The notes under the pieces were generated by a model that worked only from the letters and a program-made list of their open reading frames with translations, searched no databases and had not been told where the DNA came from. A stretch of 64,000 bases of DNA from the human T2T-CHM13v2.0 reference genome, Homo sapiens. Position 1 is the first letter of the stretch. Every line of letters begins with the position of its first letter. This document shows positions 1 to 19,975 of the stretch, in pieces. The position numbers and the translations under genes were made by a program. The stretch spans positions 15,392,001 through 15,456,000 of the forward strand of contig CP068257.2 of NCBI GenBank assembly GCA_009914755.4. The letters are read 5' to 3'.

Positions 1-3642
<3,642 letters not shown>

Positions 3643-4302
3643 ATGACTTCCTGTAACATTAATTAGATTGTTTCTCACACCACCTCCATGAAAATCAGTG
3701 GGGGTAGTTTTTCAAACTGAAGATTTTTGGTACCTCCCTTGGATCTATTTAATATGAAACTCTGGATCATGGCTTACATTTCTGAATTCTTAACAAATCC
3801 CTAGACTTTCTCTTGTACCACTGCCAATTGCCCTCTGTCGAGGTTTCATAAGAAAAATATATTTGCAGTTTCTACTTAACTTCATTTTACAACTTTGGAG
3901 CAAATATATATCACTCAGGTACTGGGAAGAGGAATAAAGGGAGCAGGAGAATGAGGAAAAGAAGCGAAATCTAATGAGATTATGAAAGGGAAGCCTCAAT
4001 AGGAGAGAAATGCTGGCAGAAATTGTCTTCTAAGTTCACAATTTTGCCATCATATCCAACCATGTTTTTAGTACTACATTCTTGGGATAAAGGGGAGATA
4101 TCAGCTTCTGGGAGGACTTTTGTCCCTTGTTATGTTTCAATACTGGTGAGAAATCTTCACTGAGTAGCAGTAGCTGTGGTCACTTGATGTAGAGGGGACA
4201 GAGCTTGCTAATCCCTTTAACACATTAACTGTTAATGCTATTATTACTCATGATGTTACTGTTCTTTGGAACCTGTTTGTACTGAAGCAATATCTTTACG
4301 TT

Positions 4303-4575
4303 ACTTTTATTTTTTATTATTTGTCTTTAACTTTTATTTTAGGGTTTAGGGGTACATGTGCAGGTTTTTTATATAGGCAAATTGTATGTCACGGAGGTTT
4401 GGTGCACAGATTATTTCACTACCTAGCTAATAGACGTAGTGCCTGATAGGTAGTTTTTTGGTCCTCACCCCCCTCCTACACTTTACCCTGAAGTAGGCTC
4501 CGTTGTTTGTTGTTCCCTTCTCTGTGTCCATGTGTACTCAATGTTTAGCTCCCACTGATAAGTAAGAACATGCTT
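4303..4575 (-). mobile_element. Old LINE-1 3'UTR fragment (L1PB/L1MA-like), reverse orientation. T-rich tail complement at 4303-4340.
   Basis: tagggtttaggggtacatgtgcaggttttttatataggcaaattgtatgtcacggaggtttggtgcacagattatttcac...ctcccactgataagtaagaacatgc is the reverse complement of the conserved L1 3' end (...gcatgttctcacttataagtgggagctaaacattgagtacacatggacac...). Confidence 0.8.
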
Positions 4576-6217
4576 AAACTACTTACTTACTGCTGATTAT
4601 ATCATTACTCATGGTGCTATATCATCCATCATGCTGCCGATAAATATCCGCACTCATTGTCTCTCTCAAAAGTTCTACTATGCTTTGTTGATGATGACCA
4701 TAAGTGCAAGTCTTACCCAGAGGATGCAAGAAACTAAATGGTAATTTGCTTTCTGGTCATGTTATATTTGCCATTTGGAATTCAATATTGCAGTCACATA
4801 TCAACATATTTTCACCCGCTCACTTCTACATATTGCCAAAAGCAGAAAGGATAGACAAGTCTCTATGTGGGGTGATAAGAATGACCTCATTTTGTACAAA
4901 GAATATCTGTCCGTTGTCAACCATGTGTTAAGACCAACCCAGGAGAGTATGACATCAGTGAAGCATTAGTGTTAAGGAGAAAATAGTCTTAAAGTCCTCA
5001 GAGGACGTAGAAGGAGACAGGAGCTGAGGCCATTTCTGGAGGATTACCTGACATGCAGCATGGAGGCTCAGAAGGATTGGGGTAACCGCTGTGAATGTCA
5101 GTGGTCGGTCTGCACAGAGTAAATGATGCCTGCTTGTTACCTCTGTGTATGAGTGCGAGAGACTGGAGACCGCACTATTGTCGGAACAGATATGTTCGTG
5201 AGCCATTGTGTTAGCCCACACTGTTGCTTAAGCCTAAGGGGTGGTAATGAGCATGGGCGGCCCACAGCCTTAAAGTCTTCCTGCAGTCCACAATGTGCAT
5301 GAGGGTCACTCAAATTCAGTGTGTAAACACTAACACAGCTGTCCAGTCTTATGCAACCATGCAAACAAATAGACCACCACCACCACCAACAAAAAACCCA
5401 TCACTCTGGCCAGTGAGCATGATCTTCTTGCCAGTCTGGGCTCCTGGAACTAGGACCTGGAATGGGGATCAGGGACAACTCCATAGGAACAGAGCTCAGA
5501 GCTCCTTGTGACATCTGGTCAACCTCACCCACTGAGTAGAATATTGAAAAGTGTCCCCCCGGAAGAGAACTGGGGCTCAGTTCAGACTCAGATGCTTCAC
5601 ATAAAATGCACTGAATTCTCAGATATGGGAGAAGGGCTTAGAAAATGTGAAAATGACACACAAAGGCATAAAACTTTGTTAATCTCAGACCAGGGAAGGG
5701 GCCTGGTTTGCATGGACTTAAGAAAAGTAGTCTTGATAATAAAGCTCTAATGTTAAAGGGCTGATGAACGGACATAAACCTTGGTCAATGTTAATCTCTT
5801 TCAACAGTGCTTAAAATTTCTTTTTGATTAATTCATGACAATAACGGTATGTATTTGAGGTCAGGTTAATTAAGTCTTTAAGTTCTTCAGAACAGACTGA
5901 TCTCTGTCCTCTCTACATCAGCATTGCTTTCTTTTCCTCATGGAGGAAGAAATGAGGTTATTCAAGAATGATGCATTTGACAATGAAGAACAGGAAGAGA
6001 TGGATCCTAGACCTGAAGCTAAAGAGTTAGTGCCTCAACCCTGTAACAAAACTTCATGTGCACTGATGGAACAATATTTTTAAAAAATAAGTACCCTTCC
6101 CTACTTCTATTTTAAATCATCATTAACAAATCACTATTCTTCATGTGGAACCATACATTTTTTAATAAATTTGTAATCAAATTGTAATAAATTTTGTAAT
6201 AAATTTGTAATCAAATT

Positions 6218-6325
6218 GCCCTTAGTTCTCTCTTTCTCCACTATGAGGGCATGAAACTTATGGCCCTCCACAGAGAGGGCCATAAGACATAAGAAAGTTG
6301 TCAACCATTCCAAATCATTATCTAG
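6218..6325 (+). repeat. Copy A of a ~108-bp dispersed direct repeat (partner at 7617-7728). Family not recognised.
   Basis: gcccttagttctctctttctccactatgagggcatgaaacttatggccctccacagagagggccataagacataagaaagttgtcaaccattccaaatcattatctagac is nearly identical to the 7617-7728 segment. The track ORFs 6134-6340(-) and 7457-7720(-) share KFHALIVEKERTKG. Confidence 0.7.
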
Positions 6326-6401
6326 ACAGGTGCCTCCCAAAAATATTTACCTGGAGGACTTCAAACCCTAGTGGTGGACTTGATTATCAATTCCCTTCCA
6401 G

Positions 6402-6405
<4 letters not shown>

Positions 6406-6433
<28 letters not shown>
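6406..6433. repeat. (TC)n dinucleotide microsatellite, about 14 units.
   Basis: tctctctctctctctctctctctctc read directly. Confidence 0.95.
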
Positions 6434-7616
6434 CTGTTCCCCACTCCTCAACCTCTCCTCTATTCCAACTGGTATCTCATAACTATCAGTGAAGCTGGAA
6501 TGAGAGACTACATCTATGATCTCATCTGATGATTTTATGTCCTGATTTTGTCCTGATTTTTTTAAGAAACAATTATTGTTGACGTTTGGAATCTTACCAC
6601 AGGGCAGGAGGATAGACATAGCTAGGGTTTACTGATGAAGAAGTTAAAGTCTTGTCTGTCTCATAAAGCTAACTGAATAACAAATGTATCGCTTAAATAT
6701 CCAAACGGTGTAGCTGGCTTATTAAAATGGTGTGGGCTGAGAGACTAATTGTGACCTCTTTCCTCGTTATGTTTTTGCTTGAAAAAGTACTCAGCTTGCT
6801 TTCGGTTGTCCATATGTTGGTGAAGATGCCTGATTGTATGAAGCTAAAGTCTTCTAAACAACAAAAGTTGAGGGTGACTTAAAACTGTAATCATTTAGCT
6901 TTGGAAATAAACTTTGTGGAGAGGAAATTAATATTAACTTAAAATGCTGGAAAAAGCATAAAGAAATCAATCCATACCTACAAAGTGTATTTCTTGAAAT
7001 CTTGCTTATGATATTTTCCTCTAAGATATATATCTATATAAAACTAATTTGAAAATAATAAATTCCCCACTATATTTTAACAAATATTTTTAGGTATTTT
7101 GTTTAAAATCCTTGACTGTTAGGCTGCATTGTCTGTTTTGCTTCTTTACAATAACTTGTGCTTGAGGAATACAGACCTGCTAAGGTTGATTGGGTGAAAG
7201 CCATTACATTTGGCAAAGTGCCTTGGATAAATCAACGAATTCCTGAAGGCCTGGCCTTTAGATTCAAACCTCTGTTAGCACGTAAGAAGGAAGCAACGTG
7301 TCATTTCTGAGTGACATGTTGTCCCAAGAAGACATAACATCCAGCTCCATTCTACCACCTAAAAATGGCTCTTGCGAGCTCTCTTATCTCCTGTCCCCAT
7401 TAAACTCTAATGCTTTATCTGGTATGAGTGAGAAACAAATGGTACTCAGCAGAAACCTAGATAACTGATAAGTCAAGGTCAGTGGTCCCAAAGAGAGCCC
7501 CTTTAGTTTTCTCCTTAAAAGAAAAAGACAGCTGAAAAAAGCAGATTTCACAAAATGGGAAATGGAAAACATATTGTATGCATTTAAAATGGGTGATTTG
7601 AATGCAAAGGAAATCC

Positions 7617-7728
7617 CTTTTGCCCTTAGTTCTCTCTTTCTCCACTATGAGGGCATGAAACTTTAGAAGGTACCGAGAGGGCCATAAGACATGAGAAAAT
7701 TTCCAACTATTCCAAATCATTATCCATA
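7617..7728 (+). repeat. Copy B of the same ~108-bp direct repeat.
   Basis: ttttgcccttagttctctctttctccactatgagggcatgaaactttagaaggtaccgagagggccataagacatgagaaaatttccaactattccaaatcattatccatatg; about 88-90% identity to copy A by eye. Confidence 0.7.
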
Positions 7729-9932
7729 TGTGGATTTTAAAAACCGTTACTCCTATGAGATTGTTTTTTAATTTCTAAGGCTCCACAGGGCATTCTTTGT
7801 CTTATATCCTGTATTCCTCCTTTGTTTGGATGTTATAAAGCAGTACTTAAACTCTATAGTTCATTCTGATGAATAGTTTTATTTACTCAGGAATATGATC
7901 TTCATCTCAAAAGAACTAGATGTAGCATTTGATACAAAGGTCACCACTGCTATATTGCTTACAAATTACGAATTTAATAGCACTTCTGTCTTCCTCTTTA
8001 CCCCTACCATCCATATAGGACTAGTGTGAAAGAAAGACCTGTTCTTCTGGCAGGTTGAATATAAAACACTGGAGTTTTTGTTTAAATGAAAATCGTTTCA
8101 TTTTTCATTTCTGAAATCAAACCAATGGCCTCTCAGTGGTTCAATTAATGCATATGAAAACTTGATGGAAGCTGTAACTTACTACTGCTGTTACGTTATT
8201 CTTTAGAAAATATGATATTTTAAAATACATTTTCAATTTACCACATTCTATGCTAAAATATTTTAAACTAAAATTTTCTATCTATCAAAGATTATGGCCA
8301 ATCATCAAGTAATTAAGAGAATCTGTAATATAAGTCAACAAGTCAAGAAGATCAAAAAGAAGAAAAACTGTGATCCCTGCTCTGTCCTATGTAGTTGTGG
8401 GTTCAGTGAGAGGTATGCTTTCAAAAAACAATCATTAATAAATTATGAAGAAATCACCATTTAGACTGCCCTCTAGTGTTTGTAAATTCAAACCCAGATT
8501 GGATGTGAAGCAGTGAAGAGACCAGAGAACACATAACCCATGTCACTGAGTATCCACTGCTGGCTCCAGCCAATATTTTCCAAGTAGGACTGTGGTCCTT
8601 GATTTGCCAATTCTTCTGGATTCTCCAAAATGTCAGTTCAGGTTTTGTATTGAAATCTATCAATTTATCAATGTTGGCCCCTAACTCCATTTTTAAATAT
8701 AACATTCTGTGAACCAAACTAAAAACATCTGCAGGCCAGATGTGGCCAAAAAGCTATCAGTTTGCAAGCCCTATTCTAGATTAGTGACTTCTAACCTTGT
8801 TTACTATCAGCAACTTTCAATTATTCACGGCTTCTGCATTTAACATTCATCCCTATATATCTCCTTCTCCCTTCTACTTATTTGCTGGGGTGTGATGGGC
8901 TCTTCAATACATTGTTTCCCAACAAAACGCCACTTAGTCTGTGGAAATATACTTCTCTAAGCACATAATCACGATTCAAAGTTATAATAAACCCTATGAC
9001 ATATCTGTAGGATACAATTTGGTGAGGATGAGAACAGTCAAATAGATACACAATTGAAAGAACTGTAAGTAAAATATTAATAGTGAATTCCTCTGAGTAG
9101 TGAGAGGATGAGTACATTTAAAAAGATAAATATCTGTGTTTTGGCAATAAATTAATATTATATATATATTCATTGCAAGAGTTTTCAATTACTTAGCCTT
9201 TTTGGCTATGATCAAGTGAAAGAGTTTTCAGAGTACGTTTCTCTGGGTGGTGAAGGAGAGGGATGTATGGGGAAGAAAGTATTAGAAGAAAATTTATTTT
9301 TTCTGAAAGAAATTGACAAGATTGATGATGTTCATGCCTTTTCAAACATGAATATGTATCTTGCCATTTAAAAAAATTATAAATGTTGTAAGCATAAAAA
9401 CTAATGTCCATCAACAAATAAATACAATTTAATTATTTTTCTTTTTATGCTTACAATCCACTTTGACAAGTTGGAAAAAAAATGTGTTTTGTCTCAGAAA
9501 ACCCAGAAGAGAATGTCCACAGAGTGAACAGACCTATCCCGTGGAAATTCACATTCACTAATTCAGATTGTGTTTACTCCTCCAAGCTTCACCACCTTCT
9601 TCCCAAAATTAAATGACCACATCTTTATAAAACAGTGTTATCTGTTATTTCACAGGCATTTAAAAACATTTGAATAAATTATGGCACACAGATGAATGCA
9701 GATGGTTAAGAATAAAAATTGTATTCATTTTCAAGTTGACTATTAAATTTCTTTTTAAATTTACCCTTTATTTTTCTTTCAAGAGAACCTCCTGCTACTT
9801 TTCTGTCTCACAGTCATATCTTTTCTATCTTTTCTTTTACTGTTTTGCCTTTTCTTTCCTCATTTTTCGTTATTTTTCCACTTATGGGTGGATTTTGACT
9901 ACAAGTGACAAAATGCCTAAGAGTGATTTTAA

Positions 9933-10268
<336 letters not shown>

Positions 10269-11030
10269 AAACAGAATTATTTTTTCTCAAAAAACGAGAA
10301 GTCAAAAAATTGGCATTTTCTAGCATTAGTTTGACTGTTCTGAGATGCCATCAGGACCTCATATCTTTCCATTCTCTCACTCCACCATTATAACAGTGCT
10401 GACTTTCATCTTCATGTTTGTTACTGCATGGTTGCAAGCTCCAGTTCATGCTACAACTTCAGATATTGCATCAATATTATAATGTAGAAGAAATGTGAAA
10501 AGCAGTACTAGACACTCTGTCCTTTCATCAAGAAAGATAAAGCTTTCCCAGAATCCCTAGGAAACATTCACTTTGATTTTATTGGTTACATATAACCATT
10601 CAAACCATTAGAACTATAAATGTCACATGGTCAAACTTAGCTGCATAGGAAGCTGGAAAAGAGAATATACACCTGAAGATATTGTTGCATCATATAAAAT
10701 CCAGGATTTGTTCACATAAGAAGAGGAAAGTATATATTGGATAAGCAACTAACAGTACTTGCCACAATGACCTACTCAAAGGGTAGCAAATATTGCCTAT
10801 TTTTATATATTCACTAATTCAATTGGGCTAACAGAGGACCCAGTAAGACCCTTACATAACTATTTGAAAAATAAATTTAAATAATCTCTAATTAGTATAA
10901 TGGGTGTTCTTAGTGCAGTGGGTACTTTTAAAGTGCTTTGTGGCTTTTGATGAAAATTGTCTTAGTATTTAAAACTTTTTCTTACCCAATTTTTTGTTCC
11001 CATCGAATTAGCAATGCTGTAAAGAAAGGC

Positions 11031-11452
11031 ATCTTATTCCATTTTTTGTTGCTATAAAGGAATACTTGAGGCTGGGTAATTTATAAAGATGAAAAGTTTA
11101 TTTGGCTCGCAATTCTGGATGGCTGGAAGGTTAAGTACTGGGCCACAGCATCTGGTGGGGGCCTCGAGCTGCTTCTAGTCATAATGGAAGGTGAAGGGTG
11201 TAAAGATCATGTGACAAGGGAGGAAAGAAGAGAAGGAAGGAGGTGCTGGTTCTTTCTATCAAACAATTCGCAAGAGAACTAATAGAGAAAGAACTCACTT
11301 AGCCCTGTGGGAACACATTAATCTATTCATAAGGGATCTGGCTGTATGATACAAACACCTCCCATTAGGCCCCACCTCCAAATTGTATCCCATTGGGGAT
11401 CAAATTTCAAAAAGAGATTTGGAAGGAACAAACAAACCATATCTAAGCCATA
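11031..11452 (-). mobile_element. ERVL-MaLR solo LTR, THE1/MST-like, reverse orientation.
   Basis: ccattttttgttgctataaaggaatacttgaggctgggtaatttataaag...gctggaaggttaagtactgggccacagcatctggtggggg...atcccattggggatcaaatttcaaaaagagatttggaaggaacaaacaaaccatatc matches the reverse complement of the THE1/MST consensus (TGATATGGTTTG...AATTACCCAG...TTTATAGCA...). The tail does not follow the consensus for its last ~13 bases, so the end coordinate is soft. Confidence 0.8.
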
Positions 11453-11989
11453 GTAAAAGGAATGGCTTTTCAAAGGTAAAATTTACTGAGTGTATTAATA
11501 TTTTACCAATTTCCAGCCAGGAGAGTATGAATGTTGCATTATTACATTGCTTTGAAACAAAGCATTATTCTTAATTCAGAAGTTTAAATTCAGATGTTAA
11601 TGTTGCATATTTAATAATGCACAACCAGTACTAAAATCCTCATTGAAATGACAAATAATTTTATTTTGAATCCCTTATAGAGGTTCACAATGTTTTAACA
11701 ATGTAGTTTTGACTAAATAGAAGTAGTCAAAACCTGTCAGATTGGAAATAGTATTTATAAAACATAAACAACTCGTAGTAGGATCCCACATTGCCAAAAA
11801 TAATAATAATGATGATTTCAAACAATCCTGATCTTCTGATTTGCAAGATTGGTAAATTCTTTCAGGAAAGAAATTGCTTAACTCAGAAGTTCCCACGGTT
11901 GCTTTTCTATTCTAAATCTTCTGGGATGTAGAGATGTCAAGATTGTGAAAGAGTTTAAATCACTTTTTTCTCCCACTTATGCCATACAT

Positions 11990-13098
11990 CTTAACTTTTC
12001 TCTCTTCCTTCAGGTCTTCTCTGTGCTATGCAGATTGTTCCTTACCTCTCTCCCTTCATCCTTTCTTTTTCCTTGTCATCTTACCAATCTACCAATTGTT
12101 TCCCTTTTGAATTTCCTTGAAGATTGCTCCGGGTCTCTCTCAGAGAGTGGTGCCCCTGCCTGGGCCTTGCTTGGCTCCTGGCTCACTGCTGGGCTTGCTC
12201 CACCCACTCGGCCTGGCTGGCTGCACTCAGCTTGTGCCACTGGCTGGGATTCTGCACCTGCCATGGTTCTGTGCTCAGCCTGTGGCTGGCCTGGGCATGC
12301 TGTGACCATCTTTCACCTTGGATGCTGGCGTCTGGATGAGGAGGATGCAGCAGTGCCCCAAAACTAGGAGATGCCAGCAACTGCAGAACCCCAAGGGGTG
12401 TTATGGCTCTTGCCTGGGGAGTCCTGAGGTCTGAGTCCAAAAGGGGCATTACCGCTGTCTCTCCTTCCTGCTGCCCACAGTGCCACGAGCAGGAGGGACG
12501 TTTCAGTTCATTTGTGTTTCAGCTCATTCAGTGCAACCCAGCTACAGCCCATGGCTCCTGGACTGGCCCAGCCCCACCACTGCTTCCCATCATATATGTG
12601 GTGCAGCCACCCAGTATCGGTGGAAGGCACGAGAACTACAGTGTTACAGCACCTTTTGCACCCACTGTTCAGTGGGTCCTGGGTTCTTGTCTCATGTCCA
12701 AGGAGAATGAGATTATGTGGACAACCAGAGAGTGAGCAAGGCAGAGGAGGGTTTTCTTGAGCAACAGAACAGCACTTGATACAAGATGGGACCTGAAGTG
12801 CATAGTCCCTACCCAAAGGTGGGTAGTCTCAATGTGTCACTGAGTCTGGGGTTTTTATGGGCTCAGAAGGGGGAAGTGTGTGTTGATTGGTCCATGGCCT
12901 GGAAAAAGCACCATTCAGTTGGCTAAAAGGCATTAAGGAAGCTCTCACTCCAGTTGTGGACTCTGGCAGCTCAGTTTTTAGGCTTTAAGCTGTCTTTGGC
13001 TTGAAGGTCTGGTTTCACCAGGGACCTGCCCTGTCTGCCTAGAAATTTGTCTGCCTCCTGATGCTATCAATTTCCAGTTCCAGAAAAAAAAAAAAAAA
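11990..13098. other. GC-rich (CTG/CAG-skewed) ~1.1-kb segment of unknown origin ending in A15 at about 13084-13098. Possibly a retroposed sequence or an unrecognised ERV LTR. Not protein-coding.
   Basis: GC content is clearly above the surrounding AT-rich DNA. Six overlapping ORFs appear on both strands (track 11945-12816), which is typical of compositional skew rather than coding. The segment ends ...ctgatgctatcaatttccagttccagaaaaaaaaaaaaaaact. It contains only scattered CpGs, so it is not a CpG island. Confidence 0.4.
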
Positions 13099-16000
13099 CT
13101 TTCAAAATCAGCAAATTCTAATTTTCAAGCCATTAGATTCCTTCTCACTTTTCCTGTTAAATTACTTGATATGTTTCAGGAATTGAACTTTAATTAGTCA
13201 TTAAAGTGATTACTGTTCTTCAGCCCTGGCTGACTCAATTATGGCAACCTATTTCTTAGTGACCTTTTTCTGCCTAAATTAAGCAAAACATAAACAGGAT
13301 CCATGTATTACATCAGGGAAAGAATATGTGAATAAACTAAACAAAAAAGTATCTAGTTCTCATATTTGAGACATTTTTACTCTCAGAAAGTCAATGTTGT
13401 GCCTTTAGTCTCTGCTTTTATGATGCAGGAATGTGGAGAGTGATGGGCAGGGGTGAAGTATTCAGGTAGCTACACAATTGACTCACATTACCAGAACTAA
13501 GTTGGAACCATAATGTTTTCAAGAGGTTTTTGAGTTAAGGTCTGAATTGCTACCGTTTCACCTCAGCAGAACTGAACACTTACTTAATTTTATGTGTAAT
13601 TTCATTAAATAGCACTTAATACCTACAATAAACTATGTTGGAAATGGCTAAGCAGAGAGATAAATTTAAGGCAGCTTATGACTTTATCATTATCAGGTAC
13701 AAAGGAAGAAGACTATTTCTTTATATATAATTGAATTTACATTTTATGCTATAACAGTCGAAATGAGAATTGTTAGTCATTTAAAGAGGCACTTTAAAGA
13801 TTAACTTAATGACACATATTTTGACTATTTAAAGAGGCCTAAAAGAACAAAGGGGAGTTTTATTTGGAAAAATCTCTTACTTCTTTGTAGCCATTATCAG
13901 AATGTATTAATGGGGCTTTGTGCTGGATAAATAGGTTTGTGTGGGTGGCTGTGGGGAGGGAAGTGAGGTGGCATTTACTCAGCGGCCTTTCATTTTCTAA
14001 AATTGAAAATTCTATCAGTTACCATAAATTAAGTTTAATTTAAATCATTTGGTATCAAATATCTAAAAACAATAACTAAACTTAAAAGGAGAAAAAGATA
14101 AAATGAGAGTAAGAAAAAGTGGCAAAGAGCTGAAAACTCTTCTAAAGCAAAATCCCAGACTGAAATTATAAATCTCTTAAAGCAGTGTTTTGGTAATTTG
14201 GGTTATTACTCATGCACCAGCCAAGCTCTGAATTACAAGGGCGTGTAGACAGCACTCTGCCTCGGGGTTATGCAGCGAGATCTGTTCCCCTTGGTTCTGC
14301 TGGCTGTGAAGAGTTCTGGCTGGTGAAGAGGCACCAAAAGAATCCTGTGTCAAAATGACTTTAGATATAATCTAGAGCAGACTCCTCACTTTGTAATGAC
14401 TGAAATGCAGAGAGGCAGAGACATGCTTGCAGTCTCAAGCTGTTCACTGCCAAATCCAGACTTGAATGAGGGTCATTTTCCCACAGACTTCCCACTGAAG
14501 CTTGAGGCCTCTGACATAATATCTAAGCATTTTTCAGTAGCTACTATTTGGACTAGATAATATATTCAGGGTGATTTTTAAAGTTGACCATTTTCCTTCA
14601 TAGGTGAGAAATTAAACGGTATGGAAATGATAATTACCTTTCAAGTAGTTTTTAACTAAGAGAATGTATATAATAATATTAATGTGAATAAATATCCAAA
14701 GCCAAGGTGTTTCCAAGAGTATGTGTGACAAGTATTCAGAACTAATAAGAATACTCAAATTAATGTTAATGTCTCTCTCTGTTGGTTTATGACTTGCCAA
14801 ATGTGAATTATCTCCTCAAATACACACGTGAATTGGCTGCTGATGATTATTTGACAGGACACATTTTACCTGCAGCAACATTCAACATTTTACTACCCAC
14901 GGCATTATTTGAAAGATAATCAATACTTTTTGCTAAAGCTCCAGGCACTAGACGCTAATCATATGCAACACTGCTAGACAGAAAACATAAAGTCAGATTT
15001 ACATGTTTCTGGCACTCTTTAAAATGATAGTAGGGTTGTGATTATCAGGTAAGATTTGCTATTGAACCATGAGGTTTTGGATTATCTGTTAGGACATGGG
15101 AGTTTCAGCAAACATTGATTGTGCTTCTGATATTTTCACACTTAATGAGATGGTCGATGTCAGGTTAAGTAAAAGAATGACTGAGAACTCCATTTTGGCT
15201 CAGAAAGGCAGAAAAAGGTAAAAGAAAGAGAACTTAACAGTAGAAACCATCTAAGTGGCTTCTTACTTTTGGTTCAATCTAATAAATAAGAACTTGAACA
15301 GGAAACTCATATCAATCCAAAGATTCAAACTTACCCTGATATAAGGAGACTTTTAGACCAAGAGAAGAAAGCTTATCTGTGATTAAATTGAAATTTGCTT
15401 GGGATAATTATTCGCCATCAGTCACACAATTTAGACCTAAAATTCACAGATGCAGGAAACCAGGATTACATTATCTTTCCCAAATTACAGTATCTTTTCA
15501 GTTTCTTATTTAGTTACTGAACTATTATAGAATAGTTGATTGTAAATGCTTCTGAGAACTTAAAAATTGCATCCTTTCTCTCAATTATGTGTTTTTAAAC
15601 TTGACTCTTGGGATTAGTGAAGCTATTATGATCACATTTCACAGAGATGACAAAGACAGGAAGCTAATATGCTAACATGAAAGATTAACTTTAATTATAT
15701 TCTTCTATGGCTTGTGTATTTTTTAAATATAGACATTCATGTTGCATCTATCTACATTTATGTTGCATCTATCATATGTCATCCAGACTCAGTCAACAAT
15801 TCACTTCTTTAAACTATTAGCAATAAACTAAAGCATTTGTTAGCATGCTGTTTGATTTACATTTTAAACCTAATTCTCCATCCAACACTTTAATGTAAAA
15901 ACTGAGCACTGAAATAAACAGCATTAGTTTTTCCTTGCTAAAATAACAAGTTTGCCTTTAAAATTATTTACTGTTGTAACCTGTGAATTAATGTGCCTTG

Positions 16001-17019
16001 TAAATATGCCTCGTTAACTGATTAATGAAATGTTTATAATTGCAAATTGTAAGTTAGATTGAGGCAGATGAATAGATAAATGCATCTATTTGAAATGTAC
16101 TTCCTATTGAATTCACCTAGGCCTTATGTGGGGCTTCGTTAATAATAAATTTTCAGGTAATTCAGGGTGATTTTCTGCCCTGTGCCCAGATCGTACTCAC
16201 TGCCAGCTTTAGTGACTGAAATGAGCATCGTTCTCCACCTCTACCTTCACCACATTAACTCAAAATTGATGTTTTTGCTCATTTTTCCAGAATGGTGCAA
16301 TCAGCAGGTGATCACCTCAGGAAGAAAACCAATGTCTTTATTCCAATTGTTTTTATTTTTCCCAGACTCCTAACAACTATGGCTTGTGGAAACATATGGC
16401 CTATACACTCACTATGAATGTTCGTTGAATTTCATGAATATTCCTCCCTTTTGCACCTATTTTCTTAATAATCCCTTTGAGACTTCAGCCCTCATTTGTT
16501 TACTTAGCATACATGCCATAAGGGCCGGCTAAACACAGCCATGACAGGATGTTCCGCAGGAAAGCCTGTTCTACACGAGAGACAGATAAACATGACATTT
16601 CATTGAATGCAACAGAAAGAGTACTGACCTGGTGTTTTGAACAAAAGAAGCAACGATTACTCGAGTGGAAGGAGGAGAGGTCGTTTGAAATGGTTTTAAA
16701 GATTAAGTGGAATTTTCTCAAATGTTTCAGGTTGACATAGCATTTTAGGCAAAAGGGAAAATTTGAAGAAATAACATGGAGGTTAATTTCTCTTTCTTAA
16801 AATTTAACATAAGTCAAACTATGTCATGACACCTACTCAGAAAATTGGGTAAATTAAAAATCATTCCTAATGAAGATACTGAAAAAAAAATTTTAATTGG
16901 TATCAGAAAAATAAAAGGTAAATAATGCAGATAGAAAAGATCCTCTTGGGAGAAAGCAAGTAGATAAAACAAAAAATACCTTGGTGTTGAACACTTCAAA
17001 TGAATTTAAAATTTCTTTT

Positions 17020-19975
<2,956 letters not shown>

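Noticed and set aside
6406-6433. Regularly spaced short repeats (microsatellites here and at 32192, 46012, 48267) as possible CRISPR-like arrays.
   Set aside because: They are perfect di- and tetranucleotide tandem repeats with no spacers, and the sequence is clearly eukaryotic (Alu, L1, HERV). CRISPR is not applicable.
11945-12816. Six overlapping ORFs (62-140 aa) on both strands in the GC-rich block.
   Set aside because: They overlap one another in multiple frames on both strands, are rich in L/A/P/W/C as expected from CTG/CAG/GCC skew, and have no start context, splice signals or recognisable domain. This is compositional artefact, not a gene.
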